In this document: positions 39,331 to 52,385 of the stretch, piece after piece
Numbering within the stretch: position 1 is the stretch's first letter
Layout of the letters: every line of letters starts with the position of its first letter
Source: Rhynchobatus australiae
Taxonomy: Eukaryota
Assembly: GCA_034780895.1 (NCBI GenBank)
Contig: JAUZTB010000064.1
Span: 117,542,520 to 117,606,519 of the forward strand
DNA length: 64,000 nucleotides
Reading direction: 5' to 3'
Translations under genes and position numbers: made by a program
Notes under the pieces: generated by a model
The model's input: the letters and a program-made list of their open reading frames with translations, nothing else
What the model was told of the DNA's origin: nothing
The model's database searches: none

Positions 39331-42300
39331 CAAAGCCTTGAAACAAATACAAGTTTGAACACAATAGCAGCACGAATTACAGTGGTGATCAGTTATCTCA
39401 CCTATTGGACTTGGTGCATGCTGGTGCACGCAGCAATGTCACCATGCTGTTTCCTCTAAGGTTTACACCATTTCCTGTTCCTCTGCAATCTGCAATTCCT
39501 GGTGCCAGTGGGCTGCACTATCATGGAAGCATCTGAGATGCCATCATCTGTAGCTGGATCTTTCAAAGCTCAAACTAAATCCCTTGTGTACCTCAGCAAG
39601 ACTTTTTCTAAATAGAGTAGGCGGAAGAACACAGGTCAGGTACAAAGACGTTGCAACAGGTTTGAAATTCAGTGTGTTTCATCTGAAAGTTTCTGACACT
39701 GAACTTTGACTGAAAAACAGATGAGGAAAATCTGTGCACCTATTAGGTGCATAGTTGTATGGTGAACCATTTTTTTTATCAATGCATTTATCTACATATG
39801 GGAAATCTTTCCACTGAGTATTCTTTTTAAACTTGCAGGTAAGATGATTTACAAACTCTTTCTACATCTCACACTCTAGCATTTTACAAAATTTACAGTT
39901 TCTATCTGATCTTTGCTTGCGGAAATAGATCTTTATAGTATGTGNNNNNNNNNNNNNNGACTACTGATAGGAATCTGCTATTTAGGTAAGTAATTGTGCA
40001 GGTAATAGCAATAAATTACCAAACCTGGATATTTATCACTACTCTTGAATTTTTAATGTTATCCATTTTGAGATGCACTATTATTCCAAGATTTCATCAT
40101 TATTCCAGAGAGTTTCAGACACTCAGAAGGCAGGAATAACTAATATAAAATAATACAGTTTGACTTGTACAGCATCATAAATTCCTTTTTTGCTGCTGGA
40201 CAAATGTCATAATGGCAAGTTTTCACTAAAGACAAATAAAAATGAAAACCAGCTGATATAACTGGTATTCTGATAATAGTGCTGTGCCAGCAATCAATAT
40301 GAGTGTTTACAAATCCAGTGAAGACATTGTAAGTATCATCTTTTTATCTGGATGTTTGTCCTATTGCTACTTTGGGTACTTGACTATTTGCGGCATGGCT
40401 GTTTTGTAACAATAATACCTTGACTTCAAAGTGATTCATTACATATGAAGTTTCTTGAGATGTATTAAAGAACTGTATAGATGTTCATTGTACCTATCTA
40501 TCAATTCTATTTCTTTCCTTATCCCAAGTATGGAGCTAATTGGAGATGTAATTAATGGATTCAACCCAATACTTCCAAATCTACAAATTCTTGAATTTGT
40601 GGGAGTGCTTGCATAACTTTAAGATAATTATCCATTTATTTGTTGAAATACAGCACTTATAATTAAACTGTACGCATAAAGCACAGTGATCAATAATAAA
40701 TTCTGGACCATTCAGTCTGTGGCAGAGGATGAGAAGGTCAGTGCCTGAAACAACAGCATCTAGTAGCCTGAAAACTCAATTTACCTCTGTGATTTAAAAA
40801 CTCTGCACTCATCTTGTGTTACTCCATTGTCAAGGACGGTTGCCTTGGTATGGGGATGTTCTGCACACAAAAGAAATTTAACCTGGTGCTGGATGACAGT
40901 TACAGAATTATCACTGGTCACCTTAAGGCAATGGACATCACCTGCTTGTCTGTCCTCCCTGGAATTGTAGCATCAGGTTCTGCAGGACTGTGACCAGCCA
41001 AAGAGAGAGGAAGCAGCAGACAGAGGCTGCCAGACACCCTCCACCCTGTCAGGCTGTTGCAGAGAAACAAAATCCACACAGGAGCTTTCTGATGACTATA
41101 CAAGTAGCTGATATTTGCAACTCCTCTCTGGTTGTAGCAGCAGTGACAAGGATGACTCACGGACCTGGACAGGATGGGTGTTATGGCAGCTGAGCAGCCT
41201 TTTGCACTTTCATACTCCTGCAGTTGGGGTGGTAGGCAGATTGCATCTCCTCACCGAGTGCACAGCATGCAGAGAGATCTTGGCATGACCAACTCTTGAA
41301 CTTTGTGCTGTGTCCATCAATAGAAATGTCTTTGACTTTGGGTGGACAGAACAAGGAGAAAGCCTAAAACAGGAAAGAACTGCAGGGCACAAATGATTAT
41401 TGTTATCAATCAGAAATATGAACTGGAACCGAAAAATATTAAGTCCAGAAGATCCCCTGGAGTGATTGTGGTGACACATTGTGTGCAATAAGCATTTCTT
41501 AACAACTTTACCAAGAGCAGACAAAATGCAATCCACTTGATGCCCTCTTCTTTTTCAAACCTCCCACTGGGAACTTTTACTCTAACTGCACTGTGATGTT
41601 TTTTTGCTTCTATCCCAACAGGAAGCTTTCCTACAGTGTAGGTNNNNNNNNNNNNNNNNNNNNNNNNNNNNNNNNNNNNNNNNNNNNNNNNNNNNNNNNN
41701 NNNNNNNNNNNNNNNNNNNNNNNNNNNNNNNNNNNNNNNNNNNNNNNNNNNNNNNNNNNNNNNNNNNNNNNNNNNNNNNNNNNNNNNNNNNNNNNNNNNN
41801 NNNNNNNNNNNNNNNNNNNNNNNNNNNNNNNNNNNNNNNNNNNNNNNNNNNNNNNTGCTTTTCAAGGAGAATATAGATGTTTCTGTGTAAAAAAAAATTA
41901 TAAGAAACCTTCCTGTTGTTTTCATTTTCTTCCAGTACTGGATTACAACCTCCTCAAAAAGACTGTGCCTCTTAATTTTTAACTCTGACCTTAGTAATCA
42001 TATTTTGCGGCAGTTTCTGTCTTCTTTCTTATTGCTGATCTGCGCTACTCCCCAAACATGAGTTAGATGAGTGACGGGGTCTACAAAAATGAGCACTTTG
42101 TGAGTTTAGTATGCGGTGTTTAATAAGTTGTGTTTATTAATATATTTGCTGGCATTACCATGTGTGTCAGTTCTCACAGTTGGCATTGAACTTTCTAACC
42201 AAGTTGTCCCTGAAGTGTTTTCTGGGCCCCAGGTATAGTAGAGGTTTCTCCGCCTCCTCAACTGGCACCTTGACAGCTGTTCCAGAAAACTAAGATGCCT

Positions 42301-42929
42301 GCTGCTGTGGCAGACCTGTCACAGATGGTAATGAGGTTTTCATAGGTCTGCCGTGGTTGGAGGCAATATGCATGTCTGCTTTGAGATTCTGGCGTGACTT
42401 CAGTGGTGCACATTACTTATGAATCCTGTGAATGTGAACTTTTGAGCTAAGTAGGATGATTCAAGCTATCTGAACACCACAATCAGGTTAATAAGTTGTG
42501 AGAATGAGATTTGGTTGTAAGCTGCACTGTGGAATTGGCATGGGTTACTTGCATATTGCAATTCCACTGCAAGGTGTCTGGCATGTTCAAATATTTAAAT
42601 TTTGCTGTGTATGTGAAATATTTCCTAGTGCTCATAAATACCGACTCAATAGAAAAGAATATACGACTTTTTTTGTAAAGGCCTTAACAGTTGAATAATA
42701 TTTGGTGCAGAGCCTAATGAAAGGAGTCAAAATAGGATACTCTGATTTTATAACTCTGAGCTTGAAACACATGCAAACTAGGAGGTATTTCATACTGGGA
42801 AACAAAATATAGGTGATTTTAGCTGTGACCATTTGTAGAAACTCTGGATATAGCTGCATATTTGGAGATTTTTCTTGTTTGATCTTGAGAGAGTGCAAAC
42901 TGAAGACTGACATTCCGCACATTGCATAT

Positions 42930-43720
42930 GCTAATCTTCAAGTATATCTGAGACTTTATGTGCATTGGCCCTTTGATGAACTCCCTTCATTGCCCGCCAT
43001 CTTCTGGCTCAATGACAATGCCATCTCTTTCTGTGCTTGCACCATGAATAGATCCCCAAGGATCTATCTTTCTCTCATTCCCATTTTTCATTTACATGCT
43101 ACATCTTGTCATCCAAAAACACATTAGTTTCCATCCAACTTTATCTCACCAATATCTTTCTTGATCCCTTCCATTGCCTCTAACAGTTTGATTGACATCT
43201 AATGTGGATGAGCAGAAATTTCATCTGACTAGATCAAAGCCTTGGTCTTTGGCTCCTGCCACAAGCTCTGTCTGCCACCCATTGTCTCCATCCATTTGCC
43301 TAGAAACTGCCTGGATTGAACCTAGATGGTTCACAGTGTTGATGACGTGCTTGACCTGGGCTGAACTTTCTTCATGTATTCTTTAACAAACTCCATCCAT
43401 TTTTTTTCCAATGTAAGTTGCCTGACTCTACCTCACTTTGTCTGACAAAGGCCTCATTCAACTCTTTTGTTTCATTGTGCGATTAATTGGCTTCTTTCTA
43501 TTCTCTTTAAATTTGATCTCAGGCTTACCCTGCTGCTTGTATCTTAACTCTCACCAAGCACTATTCACCTGTCTACTTCAGTTAACCCCTGGTTAAACAT
43601 TGTCTCAGTGTTAAAATTGTCATCCATGTGATTTGGCACTCCCTACCTCTTGCAGCATTAGAAGCTGCTGATATGTACACTACTTTAATCTGTGTCTCTT
43701 GATCATTGCAATGTCATCAT
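42930..43720 (+). mobile_element. Very old L2-like LINE fragment
   Basis: Faint remnants (tggatgagcagaaattt, gtcttt, cttgacc..gctgaac, cttaactctcaccaag) resembling the L2 ORF2 3' region. Confidence 0.4.
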
Positions 43721-43930
43721 GTAGTTGAGCTGGTGGAGCATGCTGCTTTTTGTCAGTTACTGACAGACCACCTACCTTACTACATATGGGTTCAACAGTC
43801 TGAGTTATCTGTCTTGTCACTGCAGCTGATCAGCTTTATTAGCATATATTTGCTTATTGAGATTAGATAATTATTGGGTTTCTTATTTTATCTGTACTTA
43901 ATAATTTACAATTATTTTGTTTTCTTACAG

Positions 43931-44078
43931 TGTTTAAAAATATCATATGGAAAGTGTATAGATTACCTACGGCTAATGGCAAATGGCTCTGTGTCCGAGA
44001 ACAAATGGCTGAAAGTACACTGTCCTTCCACATCCCCAAGCAACTGATAGAACTCTTCATCCAGGAAGATATGAGAAG
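43931..44078 (+). CDS. INPP4B: INPP4B-like internal coding exon, 148 nt, phase 1->2
   Basis: Acceptor ttttgttttcttacAG, donor AAG|GTAAAA. (V)FKNIIWKVYRLPTANGKWLCVREQMAESTLSFHIPKQLIELFIQEDMR(R) vs recalled human [50 protein letters not shown]. Confidence 0.95.
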
Positions 44079-44611
44079 GTAAAATGTGACAAATTGGCCA
44101 AGGTTTTATTCAGCTTTAATCAGAGTAAGATGTACTAGCATCACATATATCTCTTAATCCCCCACCATCCCCACCTAATTTTCTGTTGATATCTTTGCAA
44201 TAGTTATAAATTCATGTCAACTTTGAGTAACTTGATGGAAGTTGTATGTTAATTCAGAAACTTCATTACAACTAAATAATCATGTACAAAAGTAATAATC
44301 AATGTTTCACTCTACCCAGGTTTTCCTGGTGCTCTTGAATACATTGCTCCGCAATAGAGTTCTCCTTTGGATTCTTTCCCAGAGAAGTATTGCAGTGAAC
44401 AGTGATGTAGTATTTTAATTTAATCAATACCATTTGACTTCTGAAACAAACACCTGATCAAGTGTATCACTGAAGCTTTATCAGGATGCTTTGGTATAGT
44501 TAATAGTTATCGGAGAATATATCAGGGACCATGAAAGCAGACATGGGGATCCCGGTGTCTGATTAACATTCCCATTGATTGCAACGTAGGCAGCGTGCCA
44601 AATGCACCCCT

Positions 44612-44845
44612 GGAGACACAAGCGACTGCTGATGCTGGAATCTGGAGGGGCAAAAAAAACAAGGGGGAGAAAAACCCAAACTGCTGGAGGAAGTCAGCAG
44701 GTCAGGCAATATCTGGAGAGGGAAATGGGGAGTTGGATTGAGAGCCTTCATCTGGACTGAGAGAGTAGAGGAGAGGTAGCCAGCATAAAGAAGTGAGGGG
44801 GGGGGAAGGGGTGAGTTCCTCCAGCAGTTGGTTTTTTTGCACCAT
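44612..44845. repeat. Penelope-like tail with inverted end
   Basis: gactgctgatgctggaatctggag...aactgctggaggaagtc and closing gagttcctccagcagtt. Confidence 0.7.
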
Positions 44846-46099
44846 ACGCACATTGTCTGTCTCATATCGTGATTCCTGCATGCAGCTGGCATTAAACACA
44901 TTAACATGAATCAGTAGGGAGCCAATAGTGTGATTTGCCAACACCTGTTGAAGTTAACCAGTATGCTTAATGGTGGCCCTTAGTTCACAAAGGGGAACTG
45001 CATCATAGTTGGAGAAAGTGTTGTCTGTCAAACAGGAAGTGAATCTGGGCTGGGAAATAGAGGGCCAGAGGGTGCAGATTGCTGTGGAATATGATGCCAA
45101 CTCTTGAATTCTGAGGGCCCAGGTTCAACGCCATAAGAGTTTCAATTAACTCAGTATTTAAGGCTAGTAAATGAATTTTTAACTGCCATATCCGATCAAC
45201 TTTACACCTGACCAGAAATTTTGCACAATTCCTCACAGCATCATCACTGATGTAGCAGCAATCTCCATCAGTCAGGGCTCGTTCTTCATATTCATGATTC
45301 ACTGCACTCTTGCACACTTAGCAACTTTGCGAGATCAACGCCAATGTGTACTGCTTGCACACACTGCTAACTATTCATCAAGATGTTATCACTCCCCAAA
45401 AGCTGCACAAAACTGACACATTCTCTTGCATGAAGAGGTGGTGCAGAACCAGGGTGTTGCTATGGAGTGATCATAGTCAGAATTATCAGACTTAATCCTC
45501 TTTCTTACATTCTACTTCTTCCTCTGGGTGTAAACGCTTCTGACCTAAAAATTGCAGAAGGATTAAGCATGCAAAATTTACTTTCTTCATTCTCTCCCCC
45601 CCCCCCCCCCCCACAGGTGGCCCTGATTACNNNNNNNNNNNNNNNNNNNNNNNNNNNNNNNNNNNNNNNNNNNNNNNNNNNNNNNNNNNNNNNNNNNNNN
45701 NNNNNNNNNNNNNNNNNNNNNNNNNNNNNNNNNNNNNNNNNNNNNNNNNNNNNNNNNNNNNNNNNNNNNNNNNNNNNNNNNNNNNNNNNNNNNNNNNNNN
45801 NNNNNNNNNCAATTTTTACCTGAGGAAGAGCATGAATGATCAGCGTACAGCCGGAGCACTCTCATTGCAAGATGACATCCAAAGGAATTAAAAATGAGAG
45901 TAGTGTTTCTTTATTTAAAAACTGCATTTGATTCTGTTTGGTATATTGGCCTCCTGGTCAGGTTGGATAGAGCTCTGCTTCACTTTGTAGACAGTTCTAT
46001 GGAGTATTTCCTCTGAGATCTCACCTTCTGACTGCCTCAGTTAAATATGTCCCAACTCTGCAGCTTGTTATACTCCAGTCTGCCCAGGAAAAGATTCAA

Positions 46100-46641
46100 C
46101 AGTAAAACTCCAATGATCTGCTCATCCATTGTTTGGAAATCCTGATGGTTTGGCATGTGGCTCAGTAATTTCTGTTTGTGCTCCCTTTAAACTCACTGGG
46201 GCCCTGTTTCCCGCAATCCCTTTAAACTCACTGGGGCCCTGTCTCCTGCAATCCCTTTAAACTCACTGGGGCCCTGTTTCCCACAATCCCTTTAAACTCA
46301 CTGGGGCCCTGTTTCCCACACTTCATCAAAATTCACAGGGGTTTCGTTTCCCTTGCTCCCTTTAAAGTGGATAGGGCCTTGTTTCCTGGGTTCCCTTTAA
46401 ACTTATTAGGACGCCATTTGCTGTGCTCCACTTAAACTCGCCAGGGCCCATTTCCCCCACACCCTGTAAACCCACCAGATTCTCTGGAAAGTTTGTTATA
46501 CTACTCTATGACATCTTAACAAAAAAAGTGAATTAAAACTCAGTTGGAGTCCAAATTGGAGTGATATCTGGTGGTCCAGAAAATCTGCTGGCCCAGCACC
46601 ACCAAAGTCCCAAGGGCGCCTAATTTATCAGAGTTTTACTG
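46100..46641. mobile_element. Non-autonomous Tc1/mariner (pogo/Tigger-like) MITE
   Basis: Perfect 11-bp TIR CAGTAAAACTC ... GAGTTTTACTG followed by TA; no ORF. Confidence 0.75.
46182..46479. repeat. 35-bp minisatellite, about 8.5 units, inside the MITE
   Basis: Unit TCCCTTTAAACTCACTGGGGCCCTGTTTCCCACAA at 46182, 46217, 46252, 46287 (near-identical), then progressively diverged units. Confidence 0.92.
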
Positions 46642-47318
46642 TAATATTCTTACAATTATCTTGCCACCTTCTGTGAAGTAACAAGTTTTCTTGTCTTATG
46701 GCACTTGTCATTAATGCAAGATGGGTTTAAATAGAAGCATCAATAAAGAGCTACTTTGTTCTTTAATTTCTTTTAAAAGCCTGTTAATGTCAAAAAAAAA
46801 GGTATGGTTTAACATGCATTAAACAAATCCCAGGATAAAAATTTTAATCTTAGGAACCATGTACTAATGTTCCATTTATGGAAGTGTGCCAAATTATGAC
46901 ACTTTATGACCTAGAGGGTATGTGTTTGTGGAACTTCATTGTAACTTCACATTTTGGTGGCCAAACATCTGGGCACAATCACATTAAGTAGTAGTTTGAT
47001 TCCTGCATGGCCAGGCAATTTTTTTTAAGTTAAATTATATTTCAGATTTATTCGTATGTTTTAAAATGGTTGTACTTGAAAATATAATTGCCAAGAAATT
47101 CTTTTCCATTTTATTAGAGCTAAACACAATCTTTGGTAACAATTGTGCTTTCTAATCTGCTTTATATTAACTTCAGTAATGTGATTTATACTGCTGAGCT
47201 GGATTTGCATTTCTAGGCTAATAAACGAGAACTAGTTGAGCAGGATACGTATAATGATTTGTTATTGAATTTTTTAGGTTTAGAATGCTTAACAACTTTG
47301 TGAAGCCTCAGAAAGTGT

Positions 47319-47616
47319 GGCTGGCACAGTAGTTTAGTGGTTAGCGTAACACTATTACAGCGCCAGTGACCCAGGTTCAATTCCGGCTGCTGTCTAAGGA
47401 GTTTGTACATCCTTCTCGTGTCTGCGTGGGTTTCCTCCGGGTGCTCTGGTTTCCTTCCACATTCCAAAGGCGTACAGGTTAGGAAGTTGTGGGCATGCTA
47501 TGTTGGTGCCAGAAGCGTGGCGACACTTGCGAGCTGCTCCCAGAACACTCTACGCAAACAATGCATTTCATTGTGTGTTTTGATGTACATGTGACTAATA
47601 AAGGTAGCTTATCTTA
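47319..47616 (+). mobile_element. tRNA-derived V-SINE with (TCTTA)n tail
   Basis: A box TAGTGGTTAGC, B box GGTTCAATTCC (47374-47384), V domain GTGGGTTTCCTCCGGGTGCTCTGGTTTCC, tail tacatgtgactaataaa..ttatctta. Confidence 0.92.
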
Positions 47617-47694
47617 AATGGTTCACTGGAAATTCCTTCAATTGAAAAGCTACTGATATATGTTTGTTTCTATCAATTGCCAAATTAGAAATAA

Positions 47695-48025
47695 CATGGA
47701 ACATTACAGCCCCTTCAAGTCATGATGTTGTGCTGACATTTTATCCTGCTCCAAGATCTGTCTAACCCTTCCCTCCCACATAGCCCTNNNNNNNNNNNNN
47801 NNNNNNNNNNNNNNNNNNNNNNNNNNNNNNNNNNNNNNNNNNNNNNNNNNNNNNNNNNNNNNNNNNNNNNNNNNNNNNNNNNNNNNNTCTGTCTAACCCT
47901 TCCCTCCCACATAGCCCTCCGTTTCTCTGTCATTATCAACTAAGAGTCTCTTAAATGTCCCTAATGTATCTGCCCGCACAACCTCTGCTGGCAGTGCATT
48001 CTGCGCACCCACCAGTCTCTGTGTA
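47695..48025 (-). mobile_element. CR1 LINE 3' end
   Basis: - strand FTQRLVGAQNALPAEVVRADTLGTFKRLL; same young family as 6175-6575. Confidence 0.85.
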
Positions 48026-51000
48026 AATCTGTAATAACACAGTGCCAGGTTCAGTGCTGATCTAATATGGAATGCATTACTTGTCATGAATATACCAAAA
48101 GCATCTGAATTCATAGAACTCAAAATCAATTGACTTTTAAGTATCTATCAGAGCAGTTTGCTGCAGCCACTCAGTTCTTTCAGTATCCTTCAGAACTTGA
48201 TGCCAGCAGCAAGCTGCCCTGGCTTATTTCTGATGTATGGTGAGAATATTGGTCTGACTGTCCTGATGTTCACTTGTTGGTAAGTGCCAATCTGTTGTTA
48301 AATGTCAAGGGCTTGTGTGATGGTAAGTCTTTGCATAATATGATTTCATCCCATGGACAGGCCAAAATGCATCCCACATGAATAAGTTTGGTGGGGGGGG
48401 GGGGTCTTTAATAACTAGCAAAGTCATGACATCTAGCTTTTTATCAACTGTCAAGATCAATGAGATCCACTAAATGTCTCTGAGATATGATTTATTCAGC
48501 CCTGATAGCTCAGAAGCAGAGGAGATAAGAACTTCATGATGTGCTAGGACTTATCAGGGATGTCTTAAATTGCATTTTGGGTTGTCAGTTGCAATTATGT
48601 GGTGGTGCATGCACTTTTCAATTTGCATAATTTTCTTGATTTGGTGAAGGGATATTACAGTCATGATTTCCATTTCTAGTTGTAATCTAACAAGCACAAG
48701 TTGTGGTAAAGTTCAAACTCCATTTGCTGTACCTCTGGACCAAATCATTTGATCGGCAGGCTTAAGTATCAAGAGTGATTGTCTGGGTAAGGTACTGAAG
48801 GCTTGCCTTGCTGTAAAGTTAAACCTCAGCCAGATTCAGCACTAGAGGGGAAATATTTGTCACTTTCTTTTCCTAAATATTCTTCTTTTATTCTGTTACC
48901 AATCACTTACACCATAGATTACTGGTCCATGTCAGGCATGATACATTTAGAATATCTTTAAAGTGATCTCTTAATTTCAAAGGCAAATTTTACCATTTAG
49001 ATTATTAGCTGTTTTATGTATTATTTGTATTACTTGTTTGTATGTGATACACCTAAACTAATGCGCTCTTTGTAAGCGTTGGGAGTCATCAAATGTTTTC
49101 AATCTAATTTAAATACATGTCTTCAGTATGAGATGTGTTTGACTGCTGCTTTATATAATTGGGTAATTTTCTTTCTTTCCTTGATATCAGTGATATAACT
49201 GATCAGTGATATAACAATTCCCTACTTTCTAGGCAGCATGTCATATTTGTATATGTACTATTAATCAAAATGTCTGGACCATGATATTGCGTGTTAATCT
49301 CAACACATCCAGAAACAGTCATGAAAGCAACTATGTGACTGATGGATTTACTGGCACAAAAATTCCCTAACTAGTCATTTAATAACAGCAACTTTAACAA
49401 CACACCACAGTTCCCTTATTGTGCTGTCACTGCTGTACATTCTGAAAACCCTCTCTAGTATAACAAGACTTCAAAAAATATTAGACACCAGAGACTGCAG
49501 ATGCTGGAATCTGGAGAAACAAACTATATGCTGGAGGAACTCAGAGGGTCGAGCAGCATCTTGGGGGAGGGGGGAGAGGAATCGTTGACATTTCACATCA
49601 GACCCACAGAGTCATCAAAGGCTGNNNNNNNNNNNNNNNNNNNNNNNNNNNNNNNNNNNNNNNNNNNNNNNNNNNNNNNNNNNNNNNNNNNNNNNNNNNN
49701 NNNNNNNNNNNNNNNNNNNNNNNNNNNNNNNNNNNNNNNNNNNNNNNNNNNNNNNNNNNNNNNNNNNNNNNNNNNNNNNNNNNNNNNNNNNNNNNNNNNN
49801 NNNNNNNNNNNNNNNNNNNNNNNNNNNNNNNNNNNNNNNNNNNNNNNNNNNNNNNNNNNNNNNNNNNNNNNNNNNNNNNNNNNNNNNNNNNNNNNNNNNN
49901 NNNNNNNNNNNNNNNNNNNNNNNNNNNNNNNNNNNNNNNNNNNNNNNNNNNNNNNNNNNNNNNNNNNNNNNNNNNNNNNNNNNNNNNNNNNNNNNNNNNN
50001 NNNNNNNNNNNNNNNNNNNNNNNNNNNNNNNNNNNNNNNNNNNNNNNNNNNNNNNNNNNNNNNNNNNNNNNNNNNNNNNNNNNNNNNNNNNNNNNNNNNN
50101 NNNNNNNNNNNNNNNNNNNNNNNNNNNNNNNNNNNNNNNNNNNNNNNCAAATACCTTATGGTAGAATTCTGTCACTAGGTAACTGTGAGGCCTACTAGCA
50201 TGAGTGCTCTCCAAGGCAACCTCCTTAACTAGATTATTACTGGAAGACTTCTTCACTTCAGCTGCCTCTATTGGTGTCTGCAGTCCAAAAGGGACCCACT
50301 GAATGAGACCAAATGATCGATTGTCTGGACTGATGTTAAACGGTATCTGCTGATGGTGACTATGAGCAAGTAGTATGACACTGCAAAAGAATGTGATTCA
50401 ATAAGGTGGCTGCATGGATAGTAATGTGAATAGGAGCCAGAAAGGATTTCCACACACTAAGTTGTTTTGAGGAGTGATGTGTTGCAGTAGGATAACAAAA
50501 TAAGGAACAGAAGATCAGAACGTAGCTGAACATTGCCACTGTGCTCCACTTTCCTGATGTTATTGGCAATAGTTGGTTAAGTGCTGATAGTCTTCACTAT
50601 TTAATGTACTAAATCAGCAGATAATCGAGGTCTATATTTTCATCATTATTTTTAAGAGGCTTGAAGCCAACAAATCGCCAATTCACTCATTAAATTTATG
50701 TTCAAATTAGTATCAATAAAGTATGACATTTGGAAAAGAATGTCTGTTGTTGCAAGCCAGCTCTTTTTTTTGCAGCACAATTTGTATGCAAAGTACATTG
50801 GATAATAGTTACAGCACTTACTGTAATCCTAAACAAATAGAAATTGGTCACTATTTACATTATGGAGACTGAAGAAAGCTTAGTTCATCCAGCTTTTAAG
50901 AGAAAGATAAGCCTTTGTAATCCATCTCCTCCATTATTTGAAGATTTTACACTGGGGGAGAAAAGTAGTGAATTGAAGCATTTTTATATTGAATAATTTT

Positions 51001-51254
51001 TCATCTCTGCTCTAGATAGATGGCAGCTATTCAAAATAAAACAGCTTCAGGGAAGACACTGATGGACTATTTACCGCTACATATATTATCTTCACAGTGG
51101 GGCAATTTGTATGATGCTAATAATTAACAAAATCAGACAATTTAATGGCATATTATCAGTCTTATAAAAACTTGTTGTTGACTCCCCTGAGATATTCCAA
51201 GTATCTGGGCCAAATTAATGCACCACACTCTGAACCAAGAATACACTATACGCA

Positions 51255-52385
51255 AGAATACATATGAGAAAATAGGAGTGGGTTATGCCACCTAGTCCTC
51301 CATTTAATAAGATCATGGTTAATCTGCCATGAGCCTCAACTCTGTCAATTCAACATTGCCCTCAATTTCACGCTCTTTCAAAAATGCATCTATGTCCTCT
51401 CAAATAACTCCAGTGATCTAACTTCCACATACAGCCCTCTGGGATAGAGAATTCCAGAGATTTGGCACCCTCTGTGAGAAGAAATTGCTGTGTATCTTGG
51501 TTTTAAATGACTGGCCTCTCATCTTGTAACCACAAGTGGAAACATCTCAACATCTATCTTGTCACGCCCTCTTGGGATCTTGTACGTTTCAATAAAATTA
51601 TTACTCGTTATTCTAAACTCCAAAGGATGCAAGTTTACCTTCTTTAACTGTTCATAAAGGAACTAATCTCATCGGAGGAAGTAACCAATGCATCTCTTCT
51701 GGACATTGTCTATGCTAGTATATCCTTTTTAAATAAGAGGACCAAAACTGTATGCAATAGTCTAGCTGCAGTCTCACCAACACCCTGTACAATTGTAACA
51801 ACACTTCTCTAATTTAAGTTCCCTAGCAATAAAGGCCAATATGCCATTTTTTGACCTTAATTACTTGCTGCAACTGTATGCTCACCTTTTCCGTTTCATG
51901 CACAAAAACATCTGGATCCTTCTGTCAACTCATTTTCAGTCATTCTTTTTAGAAAAATCACCTGCCTTTTGGTTCCTCCTGGCAAAGAGTATGGCCTTGC
52001 ACTTCCAACATTAAACTCCATTTGCCAAGTTTTGCCCTCTCAGTCAACCTACCTGTAGCCTTGTTGAATCCAAATATCTTCACCATGGCATGCCCTCCTA
52101 CCTGTTTTCATGTCACCAGCAAACTTGCATATCTTGCATTCTACTCCCTCTTCCAAATCATTAATGTAGATAATAAATATTTGAGAGCCAGGTGCTTTGG
52201 GGCACTCCTACTTAAGTCTTTGCGGTCTGAAAAAGGCCCATTTATTCTGACTCTGTCTTCTATGTGATAGCCAGTTCTTCAATCTACATTAACACACTTC
52301 TCCCATTGCTGTGAGCTTTTACCTTGTGTACTAGCCTTTTCTGTGGCATATTATCAAATGCCTTCTGGAGATCCAAATGCACCGT
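51255..52385 (-). mobile_element. Decayed CR1 LINE fragment
   Basis: Reverse-strand CR1 hallmarks: gaccaaaactgtatgcaatagtc (EYCIQFW), tcaccagcaaactt (KFAGD), ttatcaaatgccttctg (QKAFD). Confidence 0.8.

Noticed and set aside
39735-39751. Palindrome TGCACCTA-T-TAGGTGCA
   Set aside because: Chance-level size and no supporting context.
46182-46479. CRISPR-like array
   Set aside because: Contiguous tandem units without unique spacers, no cas genes, eukaryotic context.
47319-47395. tRNA gene
   Set aside because: The A/B boxes belong to a SINE head that continues into V domain and tail; no complete cloverleaf.
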